A stretch of DNA of 64,000 nucleotides from Gemmatimonadales bacterium (GTDB taxonomy: Bacteria; Gemmatimonadota; Gemmatimonadetes; Gemmatimonadales; GWC2-71-9), in the NCBI GenBank assembly GCA_036397455.1, contig DASWIX010000079.1:7572-71571 (forward strand). Direction: 5' to 3'. The notes beneath the pieces were generated by a model. The model saw only the letters and a program-made list of their open reading frames with translations, was not told the origin of the DNA and ran no database searches. The stretch's first letter is position 1; each line of letters begins with the position of its first letter. This document shows positions 37,928 through 47,047 of the stretch, one piece after another. A program made the position numbers and the translations under genes.

Positions 37928-39094
37928 ATGCCTGACCTCGTCCTGATCGAACCCGCCGCGTCACCCGATTGGTTGCCGTTCGCGCATTCGCGTCCCACGA
38001 GCGAATTGCGCGCGGGCATCTGGTTGATACGCGAACGATGGGAGGCCATCGTGGGGGGGGAGACCCGTCATCTGATCGGGCCGTCGCACCTGCACGGGTT
38101 CGTCGAAGACGGGGTCCCACCGGTGCGCGCCGCCGGCCCGGTCGAGGGTCCCGTCGTCGTGGGGCGATCCGCGTTCGCGCCGAGTGGCACGCCGGTGGAG
38201 TTGGGGAACGATCCCGCCCGATTGATGAACGAGGGGAGCGTGGTGGGCTGGTGGGTGCCGTCCGGCCACACCTGGGAGCATGAGGACTTCGCCGGCGACG
38301 AGGTGGAGGTGGACGGCCTGTTGCTGCACGGCGCCTTTGACCTCATCCATGCGTTGGAACTCCTGTTGCAGCCTGATACCGCCGATTTCGTCCGGGAAAT
38401 GGCCGATCCGATTCCGGACGGTTGCATCGTGATCGGCGATCCCCATGAAGTCGTGATCCTCGGCGCCGCGGTCGAGCCGGGCGTGATCTTCGATGTGCGC
38501 GAGGGTCCGGTGGTGCTCGAACAGCATGCGTACGTGAACAGCGGGTCGCGGCTCGAAGGCCCGCTCTACGTGGGCCCGGCCAGTCAGATTGTGGGTGGCC
38601 GCGTCGCGTGGTCGGTGGTGGGGCCGCACTGCAAAGTGCGCGGCGAGGTGGCGCATTCCGTGTTCCTGGGATTCGCCAACAAGGGCCACGACGGCTTCCT
38701 CGGGCATTCGGTGATCGGACGCTGGGCCAACCTCGGCGCGGGGACCACCACCTCCAACCTCAAGAACACGTACGGTCCCATCCGGCTCGAGATCGCGGGA
38801 CAGCGGATCGAGACCGGCCGGCAATTCCTCGGCAGCCTGGTCGGCGACCATGCCAAAACCGCGATCGGCACCATGCTCCCAACCGGCACGGTGGTGGGTG
38901 TCGGCGCCAACGTGTTCGGCGCGCCGCGGGCGCCCAAGTACGTCCCGCCGTTCGCGTGGGGCGATACCGGAGATGTGATGAACCAGGAGGGGTTCATACG
39001 TATCGCCGAACGCGTGCTGCCGCGACGACATGTCACGGTCACCGACGACATTCGCGCGATGCTGGACGCGATCTACCGGGCCGCGACCTCGTGA
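37928..39094 (+). CDS. GlmU-related sugar nucleotidyltransferase-like / left-handed beta-helix protein
   Basis: RPTSELRAG; NKGHDGFLGHSVIGRWANLGAGTTTSNLKN hexapeptide region. Confidence 0.85.
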   Translation: MPDLVLIEPAASPDWLPFAHSRPTSELRAGIWLIRERWEAIVGGETRHLIGPSHLHGFVEDGVPPVRAAGPVEGPVVVGRSAFAPSGTPVELGNDPARLMNEGSVVGWWVPSGHTWEHEDFAGDEVEVDGLLLHGAFDLIHALELLLQPDTADFVREMADPIPDGCIVIGDPHEVVILGAAVEPGVIFDVREGPVVLEQHAYVNSGSRLEGPLYVGPASQIVGGRVAWSVVGPHCKVRGEVAHSVFLGFANKGHDGFLGHSVIGRWANLGAGTTTSNLKNTYGPIRLEIAGQRIETGRQFLGSLVGDHAKTAIGTMLPTGTVVGVGANVFGAPRAPKYVPPFAWGDTGDVMNQEGFIRIAERVLPRRHVTVTDDIRAMLDAIYRAATS

Positions 39095-39951
39095 GGGTGG
39101 CCGTGCTCGGATCAGGCAGTCGCGGCAACGCCATCGCGCTCCGGACCGACGACGCCGTCATGCTGATCGACGCCGGGTTCGGTCCGCGCGCGCTGACTCG
39201 CCGGGCGAAACTGATTGACCTGTCGCTCGAACCGCTCGTCGGCGTCGCGCTGACCCACGAGCACGGCGACCACGCGCGCGGCGCCGCCGCCCTCGCCGCG
39301 CGGTCCGGATGTCCGATCATCGCGTCGCCCGGCACGTTGCAGCGTCTCGCGCCGGCCGCGCGCGCGACCGGGATCCCCCTGGAGCCCAGACGACCGCTCA
39401 CGGTCGGACCGTTTACGCTCGAAGCGGCACGGACGAACCATGACGCGTCGGAGCCGTTCGCGCTCGCGGTCACCGGGCCCGACGGGAGCCGCGTCGGGAT
39501 CGCGCACGATTTGGGACGCGTCACGAGTGCCGTGCGGTACCTGCTACGCGGGTGCGCGGTGCTCGTGATCGAGGCCAATCACGATGAGGTGATGCTCCGT
39601 ACCGGCCCCTATCCCGCCAGCGTGCGCCAGCGTATCGCCGGATCGGGTGGGCATCTGTCCAATCGGGCGGCGGCAGAACTGGCAGCGGAGGCTTGCGGCG
39701 ATGAACTGGAGGCGGTGGTGCTGGTACACGTGAGCGAGCAGTGCAACCAACCGGCGCTCGCGCTGGAAACCGTGCAACGCGCCCTCACACGGCGGGGATT
39801 TCGCGGGCGGGTGCTGGTCGCGGAACAGCATGTGCCATCGCCGGTGATCACCGTGCGCGGCGGGATGCAGCTGTCACTTACGCTGCCGGGACGGCCTGGT
39901 CCTCGGTTACCGGGGCCACCCGCGGCTCCCATTCCTGCATCATCCGGGTAA
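39091..39951 (+). CDS. Metallo-beta-lactamase-fold hydrolase (YycJ/WalJ-like)
   Basis: LGSGSRGN, THEHGDH, EANHD, GHLSN. Confidence 0.9.
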   Translation: MRVAVLGSGSRGNAIALRTDDAVMLIDAGFGPRALTRRAKLIDLSLEPLVGVALTHEHGDHARGAAALAARSGCPIIASPGTLQRLAPAARATGIPLEPRRPLTVGPFTLEAARTNHDASEPFALAVTGPDGSRVGIAHDLGRVTSAVRYLLRGCAVLVIEANHDEVMLRTGPYPASVRQRIAGSGGHLSNRAAAELAAEACGDELEAVVLVHVSEQCNQPALALETVQRALTRRGFRGRVLVAEQHVPSPVITVRGGMQLSLTLPGRPGPRLPGPPAAPIPASSG

Positions 39952-41050
39952 ACGCGTGCGCGATCTCCCCATCGAACTCCACGCCTGAACGCTCCTCGAC
40001 ATACGCCAGGACCTTCGCGGACGGCCACGCATCCCGATACGGTCGCTTCGTGCGCAGCGCATCGTACACGTCACACACATGCACCAGCTTGCTCGCCTTG
40101 TGACAGTCACGAGGGTAGCGCAGCGACGGGTACCCACCGCCGTTGATCATGATGTGATGCTCGTAGGCGACCACGGCGGCAAGATCGAGATCGGGTTCGG
40201 ACGAGATGATCAAGCGTGCCCCCTCCGTCGTGTGGGAGCTCATGATCGCCCGTTCGTCGTCGGTGAGTTTCCCTTTCTTGTTCAGTATCTCCTCCGGGAC
40301 CTTCACCTTGCCGAGGTCGTGCATCAAGCCGGCAACCCCGAACGCCCGCACGTCGCGCGCCCCCATGCCGAGCCACTCGGCCAGCGCCATCGCGAGCACC
40401 GACACGTTGATGCAGTGGGTGGTGGTGTACTCGTCGAACTGCCGGAGTTGGAGGAGCGGCACCATCAATTGCTGGTCCCCGTGCATCGCGACCGACAGCC
40501 CGCGCACGACCGCCTCGGCTTCGAAGATCGGCAACCGACCGCCCGAGACGAGTTCCTTGTGCATCCAGCGGACCGCGTCGGCCTCGTCACCGAGCGTCAG
40601 TTGCATGGTCGCCGTCGCGACCGTGGACTGCGCGGCCAGCGGTTCTTCCCCGTAGATGCCGACGCTGCCGAACCGGATCCCGCTCGGCCGCATCTGGCGC
40701 GCCTCCGCGGTGTCGATCGCCTTGAGGGTCAGGCGGGCCAGCGCCTGGTCGAGGAAGTCTTCCAGTTCATCACGCGTCACGGTGGGATCGAACTGCAGCC
40801 GCTGCACGCCGCCTTCCGACAACCGGCGGCTCCAGTCCCACGCCCGCATCTCCCGTAGCGGACGATCGCCGTAGATCACCTCGTCGCCGAGGAACGAGAA
40901 GGTAGGATTTCGATCGTTGCCCAGCAGGTCCAGCAGCTTGCCATAGACCAGGTCCATGGCGCGCTCGCGCGACGTATGCCCTTCGGGATAGAGCGCCAGC
41001 GCCGACATCGCCTGGGCAAAACCGTTGAGGAACTCGACCGGCGCGCTCAA
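39878..41050 (-). CDS. HD-GYP c-di-GMP phosphodiesterase-type protein
   Basis: DEYTTTH, HDLGK, YEHH…GGGYP, DVYDAL…RPYR. Confidence 0.92.
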   Translation of the reverse strand: MSAPVEFLNGFAQAMSALALYPEGHTSRERAMDLVYGKLLDLLGNDRNPTFSFLGDEVIYGDRPLREMRAWDWSRRLSEGGVQRLQFDPTVTRDELEDFLDQALARLTLKAIDTAEARQMRPSGIRFGSVGIYGEEPLAAQSTVATATMQLTLGDEADAVRWMHKELVSGGRLPIFEAEAVVRGLSVAMHGDQQLMVPLLQLRQFDEYTTTHCINVSVLAMALAEWLGMGARDVRAFGVAGLMHDLGKVKVPEEILNKKGKLTDDERAIMSSHTTEGARLIISSEPDLDLAAVVAYEHHIMINGGGYPSLRYPRDCHKASKLVHVCDVYDALRTKRPYRDAWPSAKVLAYVEERSGVEFDGEIAHAFTRMMQEWEPRVAPVTEDQAVPAA

Positions 41051-43155
41051 TGGGCTCCCAATGCCGCCTGGGCGATGTCGGGATCGCGGGATCGCGCCGC
41101 GAGCGCCAGAGCCGCACGGGCGCGCGCATCGGTGGTGAAGTCATGCAGCGCGCCCAATGCCGCGATGTACTCCGGGGATTTCGCCGGCGGCCTGGTGCCG
41201 AACAGTCCCTTGCGGGGCGCCACGACCCGGATCAGCGTCTCGAGCGCCACCGAGCCTCCGCGCGCGGCCAGCGCCCGGATCGCGGTGACCCGTTGATCCG
41301 CGTTGGTCCCGCCGGTGGCACGCGACACCAGCAGCGGCACCGCCGACTCCGGGCAATCCCGCGTGGCCGCGGTCAGTGCCAGGCGCACGGTGTGATCGTC
41401 CGCATCCGCGAGACCCAGGCAGATGGCCCGCTCGCGGAGATGCGGATCGCGCACGAGGATCCGCAACGCCTCGCGGCGGACGCGTGCGTCGACGTCGTGC
41501 AGAAAGGGCAACGCGTCGAACGCGGGAGGAAACTCGGGGAGTTCCGCGATCAACGCGAGCATGTTCCGTCGCACGAACCACCGTTCGTCGTCCAGGCGCC
41601 GCAACAATTCCGGCGCGACCTCGGCGCCGAACCGCGTGAGGCGGTCCATGAGCAGGCGCCGGGTTTGCCGCGAATCCGCGGACATCAACGCATCGATCAG
41701 CGGCGGGCCGGCCGCGGCACCGACGTACGCGAGCTGGCGGTCGAGCAGCGCCACGTCGATCGTCTCCTGCGCGATCAGGTAGCCGATCTGTTCCGGGTTG
41801 GCCAGCCGCGCAAGAATGGCGTCGGACACCTTCGGCGCTTCGGCGTCGTTGACCGCATCCATCATCCACGCCGTTTCGCCCTTGATCACCAGCGCGTCGA
41901 CGGCGCGCTCGACAGCGTCACCCATGACATCCAATTCGAGCGACATCTGAAACAGCCGCCTCGGTTCCGGCAGGAACCGTTGGTCGGGCGAGACCGCGAA
42001 GATCGGATTGGCCACCGACATGCGCTGCAATGCTTCGCGATAGGCCTCGGGATTGGGATCGGCGAGCGTCCAGTTCCGGATCATGTTGCCGATCTGTTCG
42101 CGTACCGAGGTTTCGGCCACTTCCCGCCGCTTGCCGCCGCCCCGATCCGCGTGGTGGGCGAGTTTCTGCATCATGCGCAGCATCGAGTGCGAGATCGTCT
42201 GCTGCTCCGTCTCCGATGCCGCCCGCACGAGGTCGACCACCGCCTCGACGGCCATCCCTTCCGACGCACTCAGCAGGAATTGATGCCGCTGCGACGTGTC
42301 TCCACCCATCTCCAGCAGCTGCGTCAAGGTCGAACCGTCGAGCGCACCCACCAGATTCGAGACACGTTTGCGCAGGGCGGCCGACTCAGCGGACTTGCCG
42401 GACTTGAGTTCGTCGGCGATCTGGAGCATGTAGCCCACGATCACCTGATCGTACGCCGCTTCGCGCTTGTGACTGTCGATGGCACTCGCCACGACCGAGG
42501 GGTCGATCGCCTCGTCATCGCCGATCTCGTGTTCGGGCGGCGCGTCATCCCCTCGCTGTTCGGACGCCATCGCCGCCCGCGCCAACCCGATCCACAACTG
42601 GGCCGATCGTGTCCGCGCCGCGCGGGTTGATTCTTCCTCGTGCTCCTCCGGTGACTGGTCGCCGACGAGCTGCAGGCGTTCGTACGTCAGCGGATACAAC
42701 CGCACGTGAGGCCAGCGCGGCCCCGTATACTCGGGGTCGGTGCCGAGTTGGTGTTCCGACCGGTCGGGATCGACGGCCAACGCCTCGAGCAACTGGTGGA
42801 CCTCATGATGCCCCGCCCCCTTGCGAAACGTCACCGCACCCAGGTGGTGGCGGTGCATCCGGCTGGCCAGGTCCTTCAGCACGGCGTTCTTGGGATCGGT
42901 GGCCACCCCCTCGATCACCAACTGGCTGCGCGCGACGCCGAGCGACAGCGAGTCGCGCGTCTGCACGAGTTCGGTCAGGTGATTGAGCAGGTTGTCGACC
43001 ATCGGGCCCAGCGACGGATGCCCGGCCGGATACATGGCGTAGCGGTGCAATGCGATCGACAACTGAATGAGGAAGTCGCTGAGTTCGCGCGACAGCGTGG
43101 CGCGCTGGTCGCCGCCCTTCGCGGCGCCGGCTTCACCCGTGACGGTATCAGACAC
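41047..43155 (-). CDS. HEAT-repeat protein
   Basis: LDDERWFVRRNML, DVDARVRREAL repeats; overlaps the HD-GYP start (TTGA). Confidence 0.85.
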   Translation of the reverse strand: MSDTVTGEAGAAKGGDQRATLSRELSDFLIQLSIALHRYAMYPAGHPSLGPMVDNLLNHLTELVQTRDSLSLGVARSQLVIEGVATDPKNAVLKDLASRMHRHHLGAVTFRKGAGHHEVHQLLEALAVDPDRSEHQLGTDPEYTGPRWPHVRLYPLTYERLQLVGDQSPEEHEEESTRAARTRSAQLWIGLARAAMASEQRGDDAPPEHEIGDDEAIDPSVVASAIDSHKREAAYDQVIVGYMLQIADELKSGKSAESAALRKRVSNLVGALDGSTLTQLLEMGGDTSQRHQFLLSASEGMAVEAVVDLVRAASETEQQTISHSMLRMMQKLAHHADRGGGKRREVAETSVREQIGNMIRNWTLADPNPEAYREALQRMSVANPIFAVSPDQRFLPEPRRLFQMSLELDVMGDAVERAVDALVIKGETAWMMDAVNDAEAPKVSDAILARLANPEQIGYLIAQETIDVALLDRQLAYVGAAAGPPLIDALMSADSRQTRRLLMDRLTRFGAEVAPELLRRLDDERWFVRRNMLALIAELPEFPPAFDALPFLHDVDARVRREALRILVRDPHLRERAICLGLADADDHTVRLALTAATRDCPESAVPLLVSRATGGTNADQRVTAIRALAARGGSVALETLIRVVAPRKGLFGTRPPAKSPEYIAALGALHDFTTDARARAALALAARSRDPDIAQAALGAH

Positions 43156-43176
43156 CGGCAGATAGGCGCGACGCGG

Positions 43177-43572
43177 TCATTCGGATTCGGGCGGCGTCTC
43201 CGCGCGGCGGCTCATCGGCGGGGGCGGTGGCACGGACACACCAGCCGGGAGCGGCGTCGGCGGTCCGATCCGGCGCAGTGCAATGGGATCGACCAGGTCA
43301 CCGCCGGAGAGCGTGAGGGTCCGCCGCCTCAGCTCGTAGTTATACACGAGCCACTCGTCGCCCAGCGCGACGAAGATCGAGTCCGCCACCAACCGCCACC
43401 GCACCGTCTCGTCGCCGAAGCTGGCTGAGGAATCGCCGCGCACGACGATGGTCTGGGGGCCATCCGCGGTTTCCGCGCGCCAGGTCCCCGTGAGATCGGG
43501 GGGGCGCTGCTGGGCGAGTGTCGGTACGGCACTCAAGACCGAGACGGCGACAACAAGCCTAGCCAGTTTCAT
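43177..43572 (-). CDS. Hypothetical secreted beta-strand protein
   Basis: Signal peptide; LTGTW motif; Pro-rich tail. Confidence 0.65.
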   Translation of the reverse strand: MKLARLVVAVSVLSAVPTLAQQRPPDLTGTWRAETADGPQTIVVRGDSSASFGDETVRWRLVADSIFVALGDEWLVYNYELRRRTLTLSGGDLVDPIALRRIGPPTPLPAGVSVPPPPPMSRRAETPPESE

Positions 43573-43703
43573 CGCAATAAGTTACCTCCCTCATGATTCA
43601 CGCGCCAACGTCACGGCGTTCGACTGGCGCCGATACAAAAGGCAATACCTGCGACCCCGCGGGTGGTTCCCGCCCGCGGGCCCATTTCCCCATGGAGCCG
43701 CCA

Positions 43704-44705
43704 ATGCGCCGGCCGACCTCGAGCGTGCTCGTTCCGCTCTTCCTCTGCAGCACCGCGCTGTCCGCCCAAACGAACCGCCCGGTTCGCCCGGTTCACACCT
43801 TCTCGATCGTCGCGGTCGACAGTGCGACCGGCGAAATCGGCGCGGCCGTGCAATCGCATTGGTTCAGCGTCGGCAGCATCGTCATCTGGGCGGAACCCGG
43901 GGTGGGCGCGGTGGCGACCCAGTCATTCGTCGATCCCAGCTACGGACCGCGCGGACTGTTCCTGATGCGCACCGGGACGCCCGCTCCAGAGGCATTGGCC
44001 GCGCTCCTCCGAGCGGACGGTGACAGCGCCGTGCGGCAGGTGGCGATGATCGACGCCGCCGGCGGCGTCGCGGCGCATACCGGCTCAAGCGACATCCCCG
44101 CCGCGGGACACCAGGTAGGACGTTGGTTTTCCGTGCAAGCCAACCTGATGCGCAACGATCGCGTGTGGCCCGCCATGGCGGACGCCTTCGAGACGGCTGA
44201 GGGGGACCTCGCCGCGCGGCTGCTCGCGGCGCTGGAGGCGGGCCAGGAAGCCGGCGGGGACATCCGCGGCGAGCAGTCGGCAGCCCTGGTGGTCGTGAGC
44301 GGTGAACGCGGGGACCGGCCGTGGGAGAAGCTGTTCGACCTGCGGGTGGAAGATGACCCGAACCCGATCGGCGAACTGCGCCGCTTGGTCACGGTTGCGC
44401 GGGCGTATCGCGCCGCCACCGACGGGGACAACTTCATGACCACGGGCATGATCGATTCGGCACTCGCCGCGTACCGCCGCGCCTCAGCGATCCTCCCGGA
44501 TGAAGCGACCAACGGTGAGTTGATTTACTGGGTGGCCGTCACGCTGGCCGACCTGGGCCGCGTGGACGAGGCGATCCCGTTGTTCCGGCGATCGTTCGCG
44601 CAGGATGCGAGTTGGATCGAACTGCTCAGGCGATTGCCGGGCGCGGGGCTGCTGCGCGCGGACGACGCGACGATCGCACGGATCGTGCGGGAAGGGGGGC
44701 GGTAG
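43704..44705 (+). CDS. DUF1028 (Ntn-hydrolase-like) protein with C-terminal TPR-like helices
   Basis: HTFSIVA, GVGAVATQS, GGDIRGEQSAAL, DLRVED. Confidence 0.9.
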   Translation: MRRPTSSVLVPLFLCSTALSAQTNRPVRPVHTFSIVAVDSATGEIGAAVQSHWFSVGSIVIWAEPGVGAVATQSFVDPSYGPRGLFLMRTGTPAPEALAALLRADGDSAVRQVAMIDAAGGVAAHTGSSDIPAAGHQVGRWFSVQANLMRNDRVWPAMADAFETAEGDLAARLLAALEAGQEAGGDIRGEQSAALVVVSGERGDRPWEKLFDLRVEDDPNPIGELRRLVTVARAYRAATDGDNFMTTGMIDSALAAYRRASAILPDEATNGELIYWVAVTLADLGRVDEAIPLFRRSFAQDASWIELLRRLPGAGLLRADDATIARIVREGGR

Positions 44706-44864
44706 CGCACGGTCGGTCCGTGTCCTCTCCCTCACCCCAGGCGCAGCCCCGATCCGGGCGCGCCCGGCGAGCACCAGTGCGCTACCAGCAGGCGGATCCC
44801 GAGGCAATGCGGGTGGCGCTGGAGCAGCGGGGGACGCTGTGGTCGGTCGAGCAGTCGGACTGAC

Positions 44865-45065
44865 CTACAGGGCTACCTCGAGCGGCGCCTCGCGCAGCGC
44901 GGAGACCTTGAGGACGGAGAAGCCGAGCACGTTGCCCTGCTGGTCCACCTTCTTCATGACCTGGTCCGACGAGGTCTCGCGGAAGAACCCCGCCTTCTGG
45001 TCGAAAATCACCTCAAGGAAGTCGGCTTCCTGATCGTACCAGATCTGCACCTTACGGTTGGCCAT
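44865..45065 (-). CDS. DUF2283-like small protein
   Basis: VQIWYDQEADFLEV…VDQQGNVLGFSVL. Confidence 0.8.
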   Translation of the reverse strand: MANRKVQIWYDQEADFLEVIFDQKAGFFRETSSDQVMKKVDQQGNVLGFSVLKVSALREAPLEVAL

Positions 45066-45085
45066 TCCCATGGGAGGCAGAAGCC

Positions 45086-45286
45086 TCAGCCCGCCAACGA
45101 GAACTCGACCTTCCGAGCGTCGGTGACCCGCCGCGAGGCGTCGAGAATCTCTATGGAGACCAGTTCGCCGGCCGTGTCGTAGTCGAGGATAATCCCGGGC
45201 TTGTCCTCGTCGCTCTCCGCGACGGCGACGCCGTCCCTCAGCACCACGGTCAGGCTGTCGGTCGCCTTGTCGTACTCGATCCTCAT
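45086..45286 (-). CDS. DUF2283 protein (putative antitoxin)
   Basis: MRIEYDKATDSL…IILDYDTAGELVSIEILDAS. Confidence 0.85.
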   Translation of the reverse strand: MRIEYDKATDSLTVVLRDGVAVAESDEDKPGIILDYDTAGELVSIEILDASRRVTDARKVEFSLAG

Positions 45287-45570
45287 GATTCGGCCCTCCA
45301 GTACTTGTCAATCTTGCTGGTCCGGTACGCTGTGACAACCTCTGCCGGGGTTCGGTCCATGTCCACGAAGACCCGGACCAGGTAGTCACGGCCCGGATCA
45401 CCGAAGGGCAAGCGTCGTTGGAACACATCGCGACCCGGACGGTCGGGATGGCGCTGGTCCGGAACAGTCACGACCTGCGCGACCAGGTCGACGCCGATCT
45501 CGCGCCGTCGCATCACGGACTCGGCATGAGCCGTCAGGACCCAATGGATGAGACCTGTCGGTTGGTTCAC
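45283..45570 (-). CDS. DUF4258 protein (putative RelE/BrnT-like toxin)
   Basis: LTAHAESVMRRR…VVTAYRTSK; ATGA overlap with the DUF2283 gene. Confidence 0.8.
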   Translation of the reverse strand: MNQPTGLIHWVLTAHAESVMRRREIGVDLVAQVVTVPDQRHPDRPGRDVFQRRLPFGDPGRDYLVRVFVDMDRTPAEVVTAYRTSKIDKYWRAES

Positions 45571-45625
45571 GGACGGAAGATCGGAGGGTCACGGTAGCTG
45601 CGCCAGCCCCAATTTGCACGGGCTA

Positions 45626-45650
45626 AACTGGCACCACCAACTGGCACCAC
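45626..45650. repeat. 12-bp direct repeat AACTGGCACCAC x2 (integrase arm-site-like)
   Basis: Copies at 45626-45637 and 45639-45650. Confidence 0.7.
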
Positions 45651-45653
45651 ACG

Positions 45654-45740
45654 CCACAGATCACGCTGATAAACGCAGATGGACGCAGATCGCACCCCGT
45701 GCAAATCTGCGTCCATCAGCGACTTCTGCGAAGTCTGCGG
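45654..45740. repeat. Long imperfect palindrome built from ~9-10-nt (A)CGCAGAT units
   Basis: GATGGACGCAGAT (45678-45690) pairs perfectly with ATCTGCGTCCATC (45705-45717); outer arms are degenerate. Confidence 0.8.
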
Positions 45741-45743
45741 CTA

Positions 45744-45788
45744 TGGGTCTGGGAGGAGTTGAACCTCCGACCTCACGCTTATCAGGCG
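45744..45788 (-). pseudogene. 3' half of tRNA-Ile(GAU), att-core-like fragment
   Basis: CGCCTGATAAGCGTGAGGTCGGAGGTTCAACTCCTCCCAGACCCA: anticodon and T arms present, D-arm and 5' acceptor strand absent. Confidence 0.85.
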
Positions 45789-45906
45789 CGCCACGCATGC
45801 CCGGCGTCGGCCCGACCACCACACGCCAACCGTTTGCCGACCGAGGCCTCTCCGATGATCGCCGCCACCGCAATCGCACCGCGCGGAACCGAAGTGCGGG
45901 GTCCAG

Positions 45907-46293
45907 TCAATACGCCAACACCCGAACGCCCGGCACGCGGTTGTAATCCCGCACGTTCCGTGTCACCACCGCTTGGTCATGGGCCCGCGCCGTCGCCGCG
46001 ATCCAGAGATCGTTCGCGCCGATCAACGTCCCGTTGGCACGCAAGTGACGATAGGCGCGCGCATACGCCCAGGCGACCTCGACGCCGCACGGCAGGACCT
46101 CGAATCCAGCCATCACGGCTTCCCACCGCGCCCGCTCATGATCGCCGGCACCCGCAGCCAACTCCCCCGCGATCGTCCACGTAATGCAGACGCGTTCCCT
46201 GTCATGCGCCTGGAGAAACCGGTGCGCCGGCCCCTCTTCCCTCCGCTGCAGCTCGCGTTCGAGGTCGATGAGAAACGTGGTCTCCAAAATCAC
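45907..46293 (-). CDS. vapC: VapC PIN-domain toxin
   Basis: ILETTFLID, GELAAG, IGANDLWIAA, VTRNVRDY; GTGA overlap with the antitoxin. Confidence 0.9.
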   Translation of the reverse strand: MILETTFLIDLERELQRREEGPAHRFLQAHDRERVCITWTIAGELAAGAGDHERARWEAVMAGFEVLPCGVEVAWAYARAYRHLRANGTLIGANDLWIAATARAHDQAVVTRNVRDYNRVPGVRVLAY

Positions 46294-46535
46294 GGTGACC
46301 ACTTGTCACGCGGCGCCCGATCGCTCGCCTTGAGTGCCTCGACGGCGGCCAGCCCCTCCGCCGAATAGCCGGGACCTCGCTCCCGCACGGAAGCCAGCAA
46401 CTCCCCCGCCGTGAGCGGTACGGTATCCCACCGGGCCCTGAGCACCACGTCGCTGAACGACTCGTCGGGGCGCAGGCGGGCCTGCCGGAGCCGATCGTAC
46501 GCCTCGATTCTCAGGGATATTGTCTTGGTGGCCAT
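46290..46535 (-). CDS. vapB: VapB antitoxin (DUF217-type)
   Basis: MATKTISLRIEAYDRL…ESFSDVVLR; TTGACA at 46570-46565 and an imperfect palindrome over the start region. Confidence 0.85.
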   Translation of the reverse strand: MATKTISLRIEAYDRLRQARLRPDESFSDVVLRARWDTVPLTAGELLASVRERGPGYSAEGLAAVEALKASDRAPRDKWSP

Positions 46536-46605
46536 GCATGTACCGTGCATGGTCCATGTACGTTTGTCAAGCGATCAGAGTGCTCCGCGAGCGTCCGTTG
46601 GCAGA

Positions 46606-46850
46606 TCAGGTCGGCAACTCGAGCCGAGCCAGCATGCCGAGCGACCCTGCGGTTTCCCAGGATCGATTGCGGCGAGAAGCTGATAACGGCACCACGATCT
46701 CGGCCGCCTCGAGCGCGTCGATGGCTGCGCAGATCTGCGGCTTCGAGCGTCCGGTGGCCGCCGCGGCAACGGGGCGGTGATCACGGGGTAGGCCGGCAGC
46801 ATCTCGATGCGCACCCACGCCGCGGCGTCGGAACGCGGCGGACTGGGCCG
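46606..46850 (-). pseudogene. Frameshifted C-terminal remnant of a Fic-family protein (HTH tail)
   Basis: PRSDAAAWVRIEMLPAYPVITAP continues in another frame as VAAAATGRSKPQICAAIDALEAAEIVVPLSASRRNRSWE; shift near 46772; no Fic motif left. Confidence 0.6.
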
Positions 46851-47047
46851 GGCCCGAAGCGTCGCCGACCCCGCGGCGCTTTAACCAGCAGGTAGATCCT
46901 GGACGGCTCATTCACCAGCCGCACTTTGGGAGGGCCGATTGAAATTCTCCTATTCCGATGTGTCGCGTTTGGGCTATGGCGGGCACCGGATTCGCGCACC
47001 ACGTTCATGAGAAGGATCTGCAGTCCCTCTTCGGACGGGAGAATACC

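Noticed and set aside
45744..45820. Intact tRNA-Ile gene
   Set aside because: Similarity stops at the anticodon stem; there is no D-arm or 5' acceptor strand
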